From Macrostomum lignano (taxonomy: Eukaryota), in NCBI GenBank assembly GCA_002269645.1, contig NIVC01000001.1, forward strand, positions 1,364,001 through 1,428,000: a stretch of DNA of 64,000 bases, in the 5' to 3' direction. Under the pieces are notes generated by a model. The model saw nothing but the letters and a program-made list of their open reading frames with translations, was not told where the DNA came from and searched no databases. Position numbers and translations under genes: made by a program. Numbering within the stretch: the stretch's first letter is position 1; each line of letters opens with the position of its first letter. Of this stretch, positions 12,219-23,800 are shown in pieces.

Positions 12219-15200
12219 ATGTTTCTCTTCATCCGCGACAACCATTGCCGTTTCGACGAGTTCAACTTGACTCGCCTGCTGCACGACGATGACTACCAGG
12301 ACCTGGAGCGGCGGATGCTGGCCTGCATCTGCCCCATTAGCTTGCTGGCTCTGTGCGCCAACGCTCTGAGCCTCTTTGTGTTCCTGCGGCAGCGCTGGGA
12401 CAACCGGGCCATCCGCCTCGTGCTGGTCAGCGTCTCCGTCTGGGAGGTGTTGCTCCAGTCTGCCATCCTGCTAGAGGCTGTGCTGGTGTTCAGCGGAGTC
12501 AAGCACAGCCACAGTCCAGCCAGTTATGCGATCACCTCGCTGCTGCAGGTGCGTCTTGAGCACTGTGTACTCTAACTAACTAATCATTAGCTGGGAGTGA
12601 GTTTGTGCACTACTTGAGTTCATGATTGAGTTCAGAGTGAGTTCATGAGTGAGTTCATGAGTGAGTTCATGAGTGAGTTCATGAGTGAGTTCATGAGTGA
12701 GTTCATGAGTGAGTTCATGAGTGAGTTCAAGAGTGAGTTCATGAGTGAGTTCATGAGTGAGTTCAAGAGTGAGTTCATGAGTGAGTTCATGAGTGAGTTC
12801 ATGAGTGAGTTCATGAGTGAGTTCATGAGTGAGTTCATGAGTGAGTTCATGAGTGAGTTTATGACTGAGCTCATAGCTGAGTACATCAGCTCGCTTTCAT
12901 CGCCGCTGCCCCGCCCGCAGGTGTGCATCAACGCAGCCACGGCGGTCCGAAACTGGAACATGGTGGTGCTGAGCCTGTCCCGCTGCGAGCTGGTCTGGTA
13001 CCCGATCCCGTCCCGCGGCCAGCAGCTCATCTTCACCATGCGCCGGCTCAAGCTGCTGCTTGGCCTCATCGTGGCAGCCGGCCTCGTCCTCGGCTGCCTT
13101 GCCCGCCTCGAATACATCGGCGTGGTCTGCGAGAACATCAGCGACCCAGAGATGGGCTCCGTGGTGATGCGCCCTCTGCTCAGCGGAGTTCAGCTGCACC
13201 AGCCGCCGCCTCCGTCGCCGTCCGCGCCGCCCGCGGTCCTGAGCGGCGATTCCAACCTGTCTGGCGGCAATTTCAGCCAGCAGTCTCTGCTGCTAGAAGC
13301 GGCAACAGCTGAGCCGATCGGCGCCCCCGGCCTGCCGTCCATCGCCTTTTACACCTTCCAGTCGCTGCTGCCGCCGCTAATCATCCCCTTCCCCACCGTG
13401 CTGATGCTGCTGAAGCTTCGGCGAGCCCGGCAGGTGACCAGAATCCTGCAACTGTCGAGGAGCTCCAATTTCCAACTGCCCGGCTCGAGGGCCGACCTGC
13501 GGCTGCTGATGCGGAGAGGGACTTCCGAGCAGCAGCCCCAGCAGCCAGCCAGGTAAGAGATTGCCCTGCTGACTTTCACGGTTTCTGAGTTACCGCAGAC
13601 TCAAATCCCAGTAGACTCAAATCCCAGTAGACTCAAATCCCATGCAGTAGACTCAAATCCCATGCAGTAGACTCAAATCCCATGCAGTAGACTCAAATCC
13701 CATGCAGTAGACTCAAATCCCATGCAGTAGACTCAAATCCCATGCAGTAGACTCAAATCCCATGCAGTAGACTCAAATCCCATGCAGTAGACTCAAATCC
13801 CATGCAGTAGACTCAAATCCCATGCAGTAGACTCAAATCCCATGCAGTAGACTCAAATCCCATGCAGTAGACTCAAATCCCATGCAGTAGACTCAAATCC
13901 CATGCAGTAGACTCAAATCCCATGCAGTAGACTCAAATCCCATGCAGTAGACTCAAATCCCATGCAGTAGACTCAAATCCCAGTGGACTCAAATCCCATG
14001 CAGTAGACTCAAATCCCAGTGGACTCAAATCCCATGCAGTAGACTCAAATCCCAGTGGACTCAAATCCCATGCAGTAGACTCAAATCCCAGTGGACTAAA
14101 ATCCCATGCAGTAGACTCAAATCCCAGTGGACTCAAATCCCATGAAGTAGACTCAAATCCCAGTAGACTCGAATCCCAGTAGACTCGATTCCCGGTAGAC
14201 TCGAATCCCAGTAGACTCTATTCCCAGAAGACTTAATTCCCAGTAGACTCGATTCCCAGTAGACTCAAATCCCAGTAGACTCGAACCCCAGTAGACTCAA
14301 TTCTCAGTAGACTCAATTCCCAGTAGACTCAAATCCCAGTAGACTCGAATCCCAGTAGACTCGATTCCCGGTAGACTCGAATCCCAGTAGACTCGAATCC
14401 CAGTAGACTCAAATCCCAGTAGACTCAAATCCCAGTAGACTCAAATCCCTTAGATCCCGACTCAAAAAGGATTCGATTCCATGAAACATCTCATGAGCTC
14501 GCATCCTCAACTGGCAGATCTCACTCACTGCGCAGTCAGCAGCAGCAGCCCACCGAGAGGCTCTCGTCGTCGCAGTCGAGCTCGTACGCGGCGCAGCAAT
14601 ATCGAACCTCCGTGTTGGTGCTGGCCCTGGTGTTAATCTTCTGCCTGCTCGAGTCGCCAACCTTTCTGAGCACGCTGTCTCACTACCTGCTGCCCAAGCT
14701 TGACCTGCTGGGCCACAATACCATCTTCATTGTCAACATCCTGACCGTGATGGACTCGCTGCTCAACTTCTTTGTTTACGCCGCCGCGAGCTCAACATTC
14801 CGTCAGGTTTGTTAGCTGCCGACGTTCCAGATCCCAAATTCCCAAATCCGAAAATCCCATATCCCAAAATCGCAAATCCCGAATCCCAAAATCCCAAATC
14901 CCAAAGTCCCAATTCCCAAAGTCCCAATTCCCAAAGTCCCAATTCCCAAAGTCCCAATTCCCAAAGTCCCAATTCCCAAAGTCCCAATTCCCAAAGTCCC
15001 AATTCCCAAAGTCCCAATTCCCAAAGTCCCAATTCCCAAAGTCCCAATTCCCAAAGTCCCAATTCCCAAAGTCCCAATTCCCAAAGTCCCAATTCCCAAA
15101 GTCCCAATTCCCAAAGTCCCAATTCCCAAAGTCCCAATTCCCAAAGTCCCAATTCCCAAAGTCCCGAATCCCAAAATCCCAAATCCCAAATCCCAAAGTC

Positions 15201-15774
15201 CCAAATCCCAAATTCCCAAATCCTAAAGTCCCGAATCCCGAAATCCCAAATCCCAAATTCCCAAATCCTAAAGTCCCGAATCCCAAAGTCCCAACTCTTA
15301 AAGTACCAAATCCCAAAGTCCCGAATCCCAAAGTCCCAACTCTTAAAGTACCAAATCCCAAAGTCCCGAATCCCAAAGTCCCAAATCCCTAAGTTCTTGG
15401 ATCCTAGCCGCTAGGCCAGACCCTATTTAAAACCTCCAACCCCGGTGCCTCCTCCCCAGGAGACCAAGAAGGCTCTGCTGTGCCGGCCGTCCCCGCCGCC
15501 GACGCACTTCATCCTGCGCACGCCGAAGAACTCAACCGTAACGCCGCCCAACATGGCCGGCCTGCAGTTGAGCAGCTGCTCCGCCGCGAACGCCGCCGCC
15601 GCCGCCGCGGCTGCCACCAGCGTCCGCCGACGCTCGCTGTTGCACCCGCCGCCGCCATCGCCGTCCATCTCGGCTGCCTCATCGTCGGCGCATTCGATGC
15701 AGCAACAGCAGCCGCAGCAGCAGCAGCAGCCGCAGACTTGCGTCAGCTGGGATGCCTGCATAGTGATCGTGTAG
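12219..15774 (+). CDS. Class A (rhodopsin-like) peptide-type orphan GPCR, ~515 aa; exons 12219-12548, 12921-13552, 14536-14806, 15460-15774
   Basis: All introns are GT-AG and phases join (0,2,0). Hydrophobic helices carry TM1 [12 protein letters not shown]3 end LSLSRC, TM6 IFCLLESP and TM7 DSLLNFFVY. The C-tail is Ala/Gln-rich. Confidence 0.85.
12620..12870. repeat. 12-bp minisatellite GAGTTCATGAGT in GPCR intron 1
   Basis: Reverse complement of the 8290-9030 unit. Confidence 0.9.
13596..14450. repeat. 20/16-bp minisatellite CATGCAGTAGACTCAAATCC in GPCR intron 2
   Basis: Direct inspection. Confidence 0.9.
14830..15395. repeat. 15-bp minisatellite AATTCCCAAAGTCCC in GPCR intron 3
   Basis: Direct inspection. 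Confidence 0.9.
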
Positions 15775-16399
15775 AACTCGCCCAGCAACTGTTGCAGATG
15801 AGGCTCCGTGTGAAACATTAAAAAAGTGTAAATAAAACCTGCTAAGACTCGGTTAAAAATGAATATGAAAGCTCTGATTGTTGTCTCTGGTTTGTTGTGC
15901 ATGCCGCTTTAAATTAACCAGCTGTTGTCGTGTGCTCCCATTCGCTCTTTTTTGAAGATTTTCGATTTACGAATTTATTAGATCAGTGTATAAAAATATG
16001 TTTTAGCTAGGATTTTTTGTTGGATTATTTTATCAGGTAAATATGCACTACTTAGTACTGTTACGTTTGTACTATCAGTAGTTGCCTCAGAGTATTGCAC
16101 CTTGTAAAAAATTTCTTACTAGTCAGCAAGCGGCTTTTACTATGCAAATTTAAAATATATTTTATTTTGAAATCAGTGACTGATTACGAGGTATCCACCT
16201 TTCGGACAATAGATTTGTAATAGCATTTGTCACTGTTTTTGTAAGTGACCCAAGTTTCTTGGTAAGCCATGCGCATTCACCGAAGATTCACGCCAGCCCA
16301 TTCACACATGCCCATGATTCTTGGAAACTCATTCACATTCACCAGTTTCCGAGAAACGAATTCACATTCGCCCATTCTAGGGAATTCTAGGGAACCCAT

Positions 16400-16990
16400 T
16401 CACATTCGCCAAAGCTTCAAGGAAATCTATTCACAGTCACTCAAGATTCTAGGAAACCCATTCAAATTCACTCAAGATTCTAGGGAACCCATTCAAATTC
16501 ACTCAAGATTCTAGGAAACCCATTCAAATTCACTCAAGATTCTAGGGAACCCATTCAAATTCACTCAAGATTCTAGGGAACCCATTCAAATTCACTCAAG
16601 ATTCTAGGAAACTCATTCAAATTCACTCAAGATTCTAGGAAACCCATTCAAATTCACTCAAGATTCTAGGAAACCCATTCAAATTCACTCAAGATTCTAG
16701 GAAACCCATTCAAATTCACTCAAGATTCTAGGAAACCCATTCAAATTCACTCAAGATTCTAGGAAACCCATTCAAATTCACTCAAGATTCTAGGAAACGC
16801 ATTCACATTCGCCCAGTGTTCTAGGAAGCTCATGCATTCACATTCATCCAATATTATAGTAAACCCATTCACATTCGCCAAAGCTTCTAGGAAATCCATT
16901 CACATATACTCAGGATTCTAGGTAAGTCATTCAAATTCACCCAAGATTCTAGGAAACGCATTCACATTCACCCAAGATTCTAGGAAACCT
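16400..16990. repeat. 31-bp minisatellite TTCAAATTCACTCAAGATTCTAGGAAACCCA
   Basis: Direct inspection. Confidence 0.9.
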
Positions 16991-17874
16991 GTATTAGTCA
17001 AGAGCTCAGGGATTTTTAGCTTTAATCTCCAGCTGGGTCTCATGCCGTTACCTTTTCATCTGTGATGTATTTCCCCGTGCTAGGCAGCTGTGTTCAATCT
17101 AGAGCTGCTTACACCAGCATTGAGCTGGCTCACTCTTGCGGAATCAAAAGTGAAGCAAAGCGACACAATAGCAGAACATTTCCCAGGCTATAAGTCAGCT
17201 CAGAACAGACTTTTTTAGGAGAGGACGAAAGTTCAAGTGCCCGACTGCAGTGTCAGCAGCAGCACCAGCGGCTGTTTCCCTTCCTCTCTCCTCCCTGTTG
17301 TTCTCAGCTCTGAGCCACCGCTGCCGCCATATCAGCCAGCAGTGCTTCCCCATTCACCCCTGGGCTATGTACACTGCGCCGGGCTGCTCAAACATTCAAA
17401 CAATGTGCATAAGCACGCTTCCCCAGAGTCATAAGCTGAGAGCCAAGTGTGTGTTTTTAGAATAGAAAAGCAGTTTTTATATTCATAAATTGAGCTATGA
17501 GAATGATTGTCCTACGTGGATCGATTATGAATGCATGGCCGATGTCGCAACTCAAGGCCAGTTAGAATCGCATAGGGAAACTGTCAACAAATCAAAAGCA
17601 TGCTCATCATTTTACAAGCTATAGTCGGGCACAGATTAGTTCCCAATTCAAGAATCTAAAAGTCCCTGGTAGAGTTTTGGGCTGAAGAAGACAGAGGGCG
17701 TACGTGCGAGTGCAGTGGATTGGCTGTTCTAAAAATAGCTCTTCAAGACGCGTTGGCCCCTGCCCAGAAAAGCGGCTTGCAGAGAGCTGAGCTGCTGGAA
17801 AGGCGTGACAGGCAGACAAACTGACAGACTTGGAGCTGACAATTTGCGATTTGCGCTGACAGATCGAAGCCGAC

Positions 17875-20800
17875 ATGCTGGGCCAGCAGCGCAGGCAGCA
17901 GCGGTCGGGAGCGATCTCGCTGCCCGCCGCCAGTTCGCAGACTCGATTTCAACGCTTCATCCGGCGATTCTACGCCGCTCCGGGCAGCTTAATTGGGCAG
18001 GTGCGACGCAAATCCATGGCGGTGCTCAGCCCGCAAACTGCCGCGGCTGCAGCGGCTGCCGCCGCTGCTACAACAACTTCGGCCATATCGCCGAATTCAA
18101 CAACGGGTGGAGCTGGTGACACCTGCGGCAGCCAGGCGGATCTGGCCAGCATGATGCTGATGAAGCGGCCGCAGCCGGCCAGCCTGCAGTCGCTGCTGAG
18201 GAAAACTCGATTTACCAGCATCGAGCTCAAAGCCATTTATCGACGCTTCAAGACAGAGTGTCCCTACGGTAGGGCTGGGGCGGAGCTTTTACCTGGATCT
18301 GCTCTATTTTGTTTTGCTTGAGCAATTTTACCCCATAAAGATTGACGTGGCGGCTTATCAAAGAGATTGGGGAGGCGGCTTATCAAAGAGATTGGGGAGG
18401 CGGCTTATCAAAGAGATTGGGGAGGCGGCTTATCAAAGAGATTGGGGAGGCGGCTTATCAAAGAGATTGGGGTGTCGGTTTATCAAAGAGTAGGTTGGCT
18501 GTGTTGTGACAGTGCAACGAGATTTAGTTTACATGATGACTCATTGAATAGTTTGCTCTGATATCTATTGATAAGTGATTGCACAATCAGTGTTTAGTTT
18601 AACGTGCAAATGTTAGCTAACGATTGAGTAATTTACGTCGTGCATGCTTTGACTATAAATATATTGACCGAGACAGAAGTGTCTCCACTGTCTGACTAGA
18701 CTGAATTGAATTCATCAATTGACTACAAACACAAAAAATGGCGACGAGCGGACTCCCGTACCCAGCGGAGTTTCAACCAGTACCAGGCGAACCTCCTGTG
18801 ACATGGGCAAGGTGGATCAAGTCATTTGAGAACTTCCTGGTAGCTGGAGCTCTCGAAGAGGCATCAGAGAGTCGGAAAAAGGCGATCCTCCTGCATCTGC
18901 TCGGTGAGGAAGGACGCCGCCGAGCTGCAAACGTCGATGCAAGCAAGTCGCTTCAGGAGACCAAAAAGGCACTGAAGGCGATTTTCAGCTCGTCGAGAAG
19001 CGTCATAGCAGAGCGCTTCGCCTTTCGGCAGCGAGCCCAGCACGACGGCGAGAGCATCGGAGACTACGCGATGGCCTTGAGAGAGCTGGCAACAAACTGC
19101 AACTTTGGAACTTTCCACGACGAGATGATTCGAGACCAGCTCGTGGAGAAAACCTGCGTACCTCGCATCAGGGAAAGACTCCTGATGGAGGAGGACGATC
19201 TGACGCTAGATGACGCCATCAAGAAGGCAGAGCGAATCGAAGCAGCCATCAGAGATGCCAAGCAGGTCAGCGGCCCAGAGCTCCACGTGAAGGCGCTGAG
19301 CAAGAAGCCGAAGCCAGCTGCTCGCCATGAGAAGACTGCAGCACCATGTTCAAAGTGCACTCGATGCGGAGGCAACCACGGGCACAAGGGCGAATGCAAG
19401 GCGATGGGCCAGAAATGCAGACGATGCGGCAAGACGAACCATTTCGCGAAAATGTGCCGCATGAAAGCGGTCTCTGCGATCGACACCCAAGAGCCTGCAG
19501 AGTCCAGCCTGACGGTCCTGGCCGTGAACAACAAGAGCACAGACAGCTTATTCTGCGAATGCCGTCTGGACGGACAGCTGATTCGACTGCAAATCGACTG
19601 CGGTGCTGCCGTTTCGTTGCTCAACACGGAGACGTTCAAGAAGTCCTTCGCCAGGCACCCGCTGCTTCCGACGGGCACAAAACTGGAGGCATACGGCGGA
19701 TCTGCGATCAAGACCATCGGCAAGGTCGAGCTTCCTGTGACGTTCAACGGCATCAGGACAGAAGCCACATTCTACGTCGCCGACAAAGGAGCGAACATCC
19801 TGGGCCGCGACCTGTTTCAGGCCCTCGGATTCAAAATCTTCCAAGGTGACAGCAGAGTGATGAGCATCAGCGAGACTACGATCGAGCGCGACTTCCCCGG
19901 AATCTTCGACGGTCTGGGCCGGTCCAAGAGCTTCATTCACCGGACAAAGATCGACGCCTCGGTCAAGCCTGTGTCTCAGCCAATGCGGAAGCTGTCGATC
20001 GGCCTGAAGGACGAAGTGACGTCAGAGATCAGCCGGATGGAGCAACAGGGCATCATTGAGAAGGTCGACGCGTCCGAGTGGGTTAGCAACGTTGTCGTGA
20101 CGCGCAAGAAGGAGTCCAACAAGGTTCGCCTCTGCGTGGATCTGCGGCAGGTCAACAAGGCGGTGATCGCGAACCGCTATCCGGTACAGTCAATCGAGGA
20201 CCTATCGGCCAGCATCAACGGCTCGAAGTGCTTCAGCAAGCTGGACCTGCGTCAAGGCTACCAGCAGATTCCGCTGCATCCAGACTCTCGAGGACTGACG
20301 TGCTTCATCACCGATGACGGCCTGTACCAGTTCACCGTGGTTCACCGTGGTGCCATTAGGGCTATCCAGCTCCGGAGCTGCCTTCCAGCGAGCCCTGCAG
20401 ACGGTGCTTCGAGGAGCTCCTGGCGCCATCAACATTGTGGACGACATCCTGGTGCACGGCAAGGACGAGACTGAGCACGACAAGAACCTCCGAGAAGTCC
20501 TAGGGCGGATTCATCGCGAAGGCTTCACACTCAATCGAGAGAAGTGCAAATTCCGGCAGGCGAGCGTGGATTTCTTCGGATTGGTCATCTCTGCAGACGG
20601 CATCAAACCGACCAAATCCAACGTCGACGCAATTCTAAGAATTCCTGAGCCATCAACGGTCGCGCAAATTCAATCGTTTCTTGGCGCAGTGAACTTTTTG
20701 CACAAGTTCATACCGCATTACTCAGCAATTGCCGAGCATCTGAGACAACTGCTTAAAAAAGACGGCGACTGGCACTGGGGTGAGCGAGAACGTACAGCCT

Positions 20801-23800
20801 TCCGTACACTGAGTCAGCCGTAACCAGCAGCCCAGTGTTAGCTCATTTTGACTGCTAAGATGAGACGTACGTCACCTGCGATGCAAGTCTAGACGGACTG
20901 GGGGCGGTGCTCAGCCAAGTACAAAATGGAAAAGAGGTGCCAATCGCGTTCGCATCGAGAGCACTCAGCCCAGCGGAAAAGCGATACTCAGCCGGAGAGC
21001 GAGAAGCCCTGGCCTGTGTATGGAGCATCGAACGCTGGCACTACTATCTATACGGCAGACGAGTAACGCTGCGCACCGACCACAAGGCCCTGACAACTTG
21101 CTCGACTCGAAAGGCATGGGGCACAGGCCTCTGCGCATTCATCGATGGGTCGAGAGACTTCGCGGCTACGACGTCCGGTTTGAGCACATCCCTGGCGCTG
21201 ACAACAAGTGCGCGGACATGCTGTCCAGATGGGCCACGACGGAGCGCGTTCCAGCCGAGGAGACCGACGAGGAGGGCTACGTCTACGCAGTCGTTGACTC
21301 GAAGACAACGCTGACGGCAGACGCACTGGCAACGGCGACCAAGGAGGACGAAGTGCTGCAGGCGGTTTTGCGGTACATCTCGGGCGGCTGGCCAACGAAG
21401 GTGAACAGCTCTCTGAAGCCGTACTTCAACGTCCGGGACGAGCTGTTCTGCTGGAACAATGGTCAGTGCCTCGGCCGAGGTGAACGCGCGATCATCCCGA
21501 CGAGCCTGTGACTTCAAGTCATCGAGGAGGCCCACGAAGGGCATCCGGGCGTTGTTCGGTCAAAGCAGCGGTGCCGCGACACGGTCTGGTTTCCTGGAAT
21601 TGACCGGCAGGTGGAGGACCACGTCAAGAACTGCACGGCCTGCACTCTGGCGGAGAAGTCCGGCAAGCCTCAACAGACGATCGTGACACCAATCGAGTGG
21701 CCAGATGGACCGTGGGACAAGGTCGAGATCGACATCTTCGGCGAGGTCGCCGCGGCTCCTCGACACCAGCGGTTCCTACTGGTGATCCACGACCTGTACA
21801 GCAAGTGGCCGGAGATTGCAGCCATGGAAACCGTCACCTCTGCTAACATTATCAAGACGCTTCGGAAGCTATTCGGCCGGTGGGGAGTCCCAAAGATGCT
21901 GATCAGCGACAACGGACCCCAGTTCGTCAGCGACGAGTTCAAAGAGTTCCTGCAAGCCGAGGGCATCCAGCACAGCCGAGTGAGCCGGTACTACCCGCAA
22001 GGCAACGGCGGAGTCGAGCGATTCAACAGGAGTCTGAAGGAGGGCCTGGCAGCGAACCTGAGGGCGGGAGCGAAGTTCGAGGACGCCATCGACCTGGTGC
22101 TCAAGACCTACAGGACCAGCCAGCACGCTCTCACCGGGCCGACTCCAGCCGAGCTGATGATCGGGTGCAAGCTGCGGTCCGGACTGCAGCTGCTCAGGCC
22201 AACTCCAGTGCAACAGCGGGACGACAGCGATCTGCGCGACGCTATCACTGAGAGGCAAGCCAAGAACGCCGACTACACCAACAAGCGAAGGCGGGCTCGT
22301 GACTCTACGCTCCAGGCCGGAGACTGGGTCTGGCGACAGACGCCGCACCGAGCGCACAAGCTGGCGACCTTCGTGCTGTCCGACGGTACAAAGTGGCAAG
22401 CGAGTCGGCTGGTTAAGTGCAACAGCCCACCGGCTGACAACGGCGCGGCCGACCAAGAGGACGACTTGTTCGATCTGCCGCTGCCGCCAGCTCCGCACCC
22501 ACTGACGGGCAAGCCGCCACCTCCACCTGAACTTCGAAGGTCGACTCGAGCTCGACGACCACCGGCGCGCTTCCCTCTCCCGGAAGGGGGGGAGAATGTT
22601 GTGACAGTGCAACGAAATTTAGTTTGCATGACGACTCATAGAATAGTTTGCTCTGATATCTATTGATAAGTGATTGCACAATCAGTGTTTAGTTTAACGT
22701 GCAAATGTTAGCTAACGATTGAGTAATGTACGTCGTGCATGCTTTGACTGTAAATATATTGACCGAGACAGAAGTGTCTCCACTGTCTGACTAGACTGAA
22801 TTGAATTCATCAATTAACTACAAACACAACAGGCGGATCATCAAAGAAATTGGGGTGGCGGCGGCTCATCAGAGAGATGGGGCGTCGGCTCATAAAAGGC
22901 CCTGTGCAATAATGGCAGCTAATGAGGAAATCAGTATTGAAATTTTTTGGCAATAAAGTCAAGGCCTTGTAGTTGATGGCAATTGGCAAGCTATAAGTAG
23001 TTAATCAAGCAAAAAAGGCTTTGAATTGAAGATCTATTATCGGCTCATTTTGTCATAAAAGGTGGCATAAATTGCAGCGCAAAGAGAGAGCACTAAATCA
23101 GCGAATATCGCAGGAGAATCTGAGTTTAATATTAATAGTGCAAATCGTCAGTATAATAAAGCTGGCAGTAAAAGCTGCCTGTTTTAGGCCATCAAAGTCT
23201 GCTGGCTTTTGGCTATGAATTATGCATGTATTGCCGCATTTTTATGCCTTTTGAAAAGTGGCATAGAATGTGCATAGAATGGCCCTTGCCAGGGAGCTAG
23301 TGAAAATCTCCAATGCCATGCACCAGGAGACTCACAAAGCATTGAGCTGATCAAGAGAATGAAACAGATAATGGAAAATAAAAATTGGTAATGAATGCGT
23401 TAGAATTAACTTGCATGGTGAGCTTTTTGGCGCAGAAGTCTTCCTACCTCAGGCCTGCACTGCAGCAGCACTCTATTGACATTCTTGCATTATTGAAGGC
23501 AGTCATTCTCTCCCCTAACCAGTGTTCCACTCTGGCTAACCATGTATAGTTGCTCCACACCAGTAGCGCAACCAGAAATGTTTTTAGGGGGGGGGGGAGG
23601 CGGATTCTGGAGAGTAAAGACCCAAGGGGGCGGATTCTGGAGGGTAAAGACCCAAGGGGGCGGATTCTGGAGAGTAAAAAGACCAAAAGGGGCGGATTCT
23701 GATTTTTTTAGGTCTCCGCCTTTGGGGGGAGCCAGCGCTCCACACCCCTTGCTTTTTCTTGCTTTAAACTGGATGTACATTTACTGCACGCCAATCAAGT

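Larger units (their letters stand above)
18738..22596 (+). pseudogene. gag-pol of Gypsy-1 with frameshifts and a stop
   Basis: Twin zinc knuckles CTRCGGNH..C and [14 protein letters not shown]; protease QIDCGAAVS; [28 protein letters not shown]; RNase H CDAS, EREAL, TDHKAL; integrase HEGHPG..CTAC, EIDIFG, SDNGPQF, GGVERFN. Lesions near 20340, 20820, 21100 and 21510. Confidence 0.9.
18502..22831 (+). mobile_element. Ty3/Gypsy LTR retrotransposon, Mag-like, full length but disabled
   Basis: Two 235-bp LTRs (8 mismatches by eye), PBS, PPT and domain order gag-PR-RT-RH-INT. Flanks GGCTG / GGCGG form an imperfect 5-bp TSD. Confidence 0.95.

Noticed and set aside
23555-23760. hAT-type MITE suggested by CAGTAGCGCAACCAG start and internal GGGGCGGATTCTGG repeats
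   Set aside because: No matching 3' TIR or TSD.
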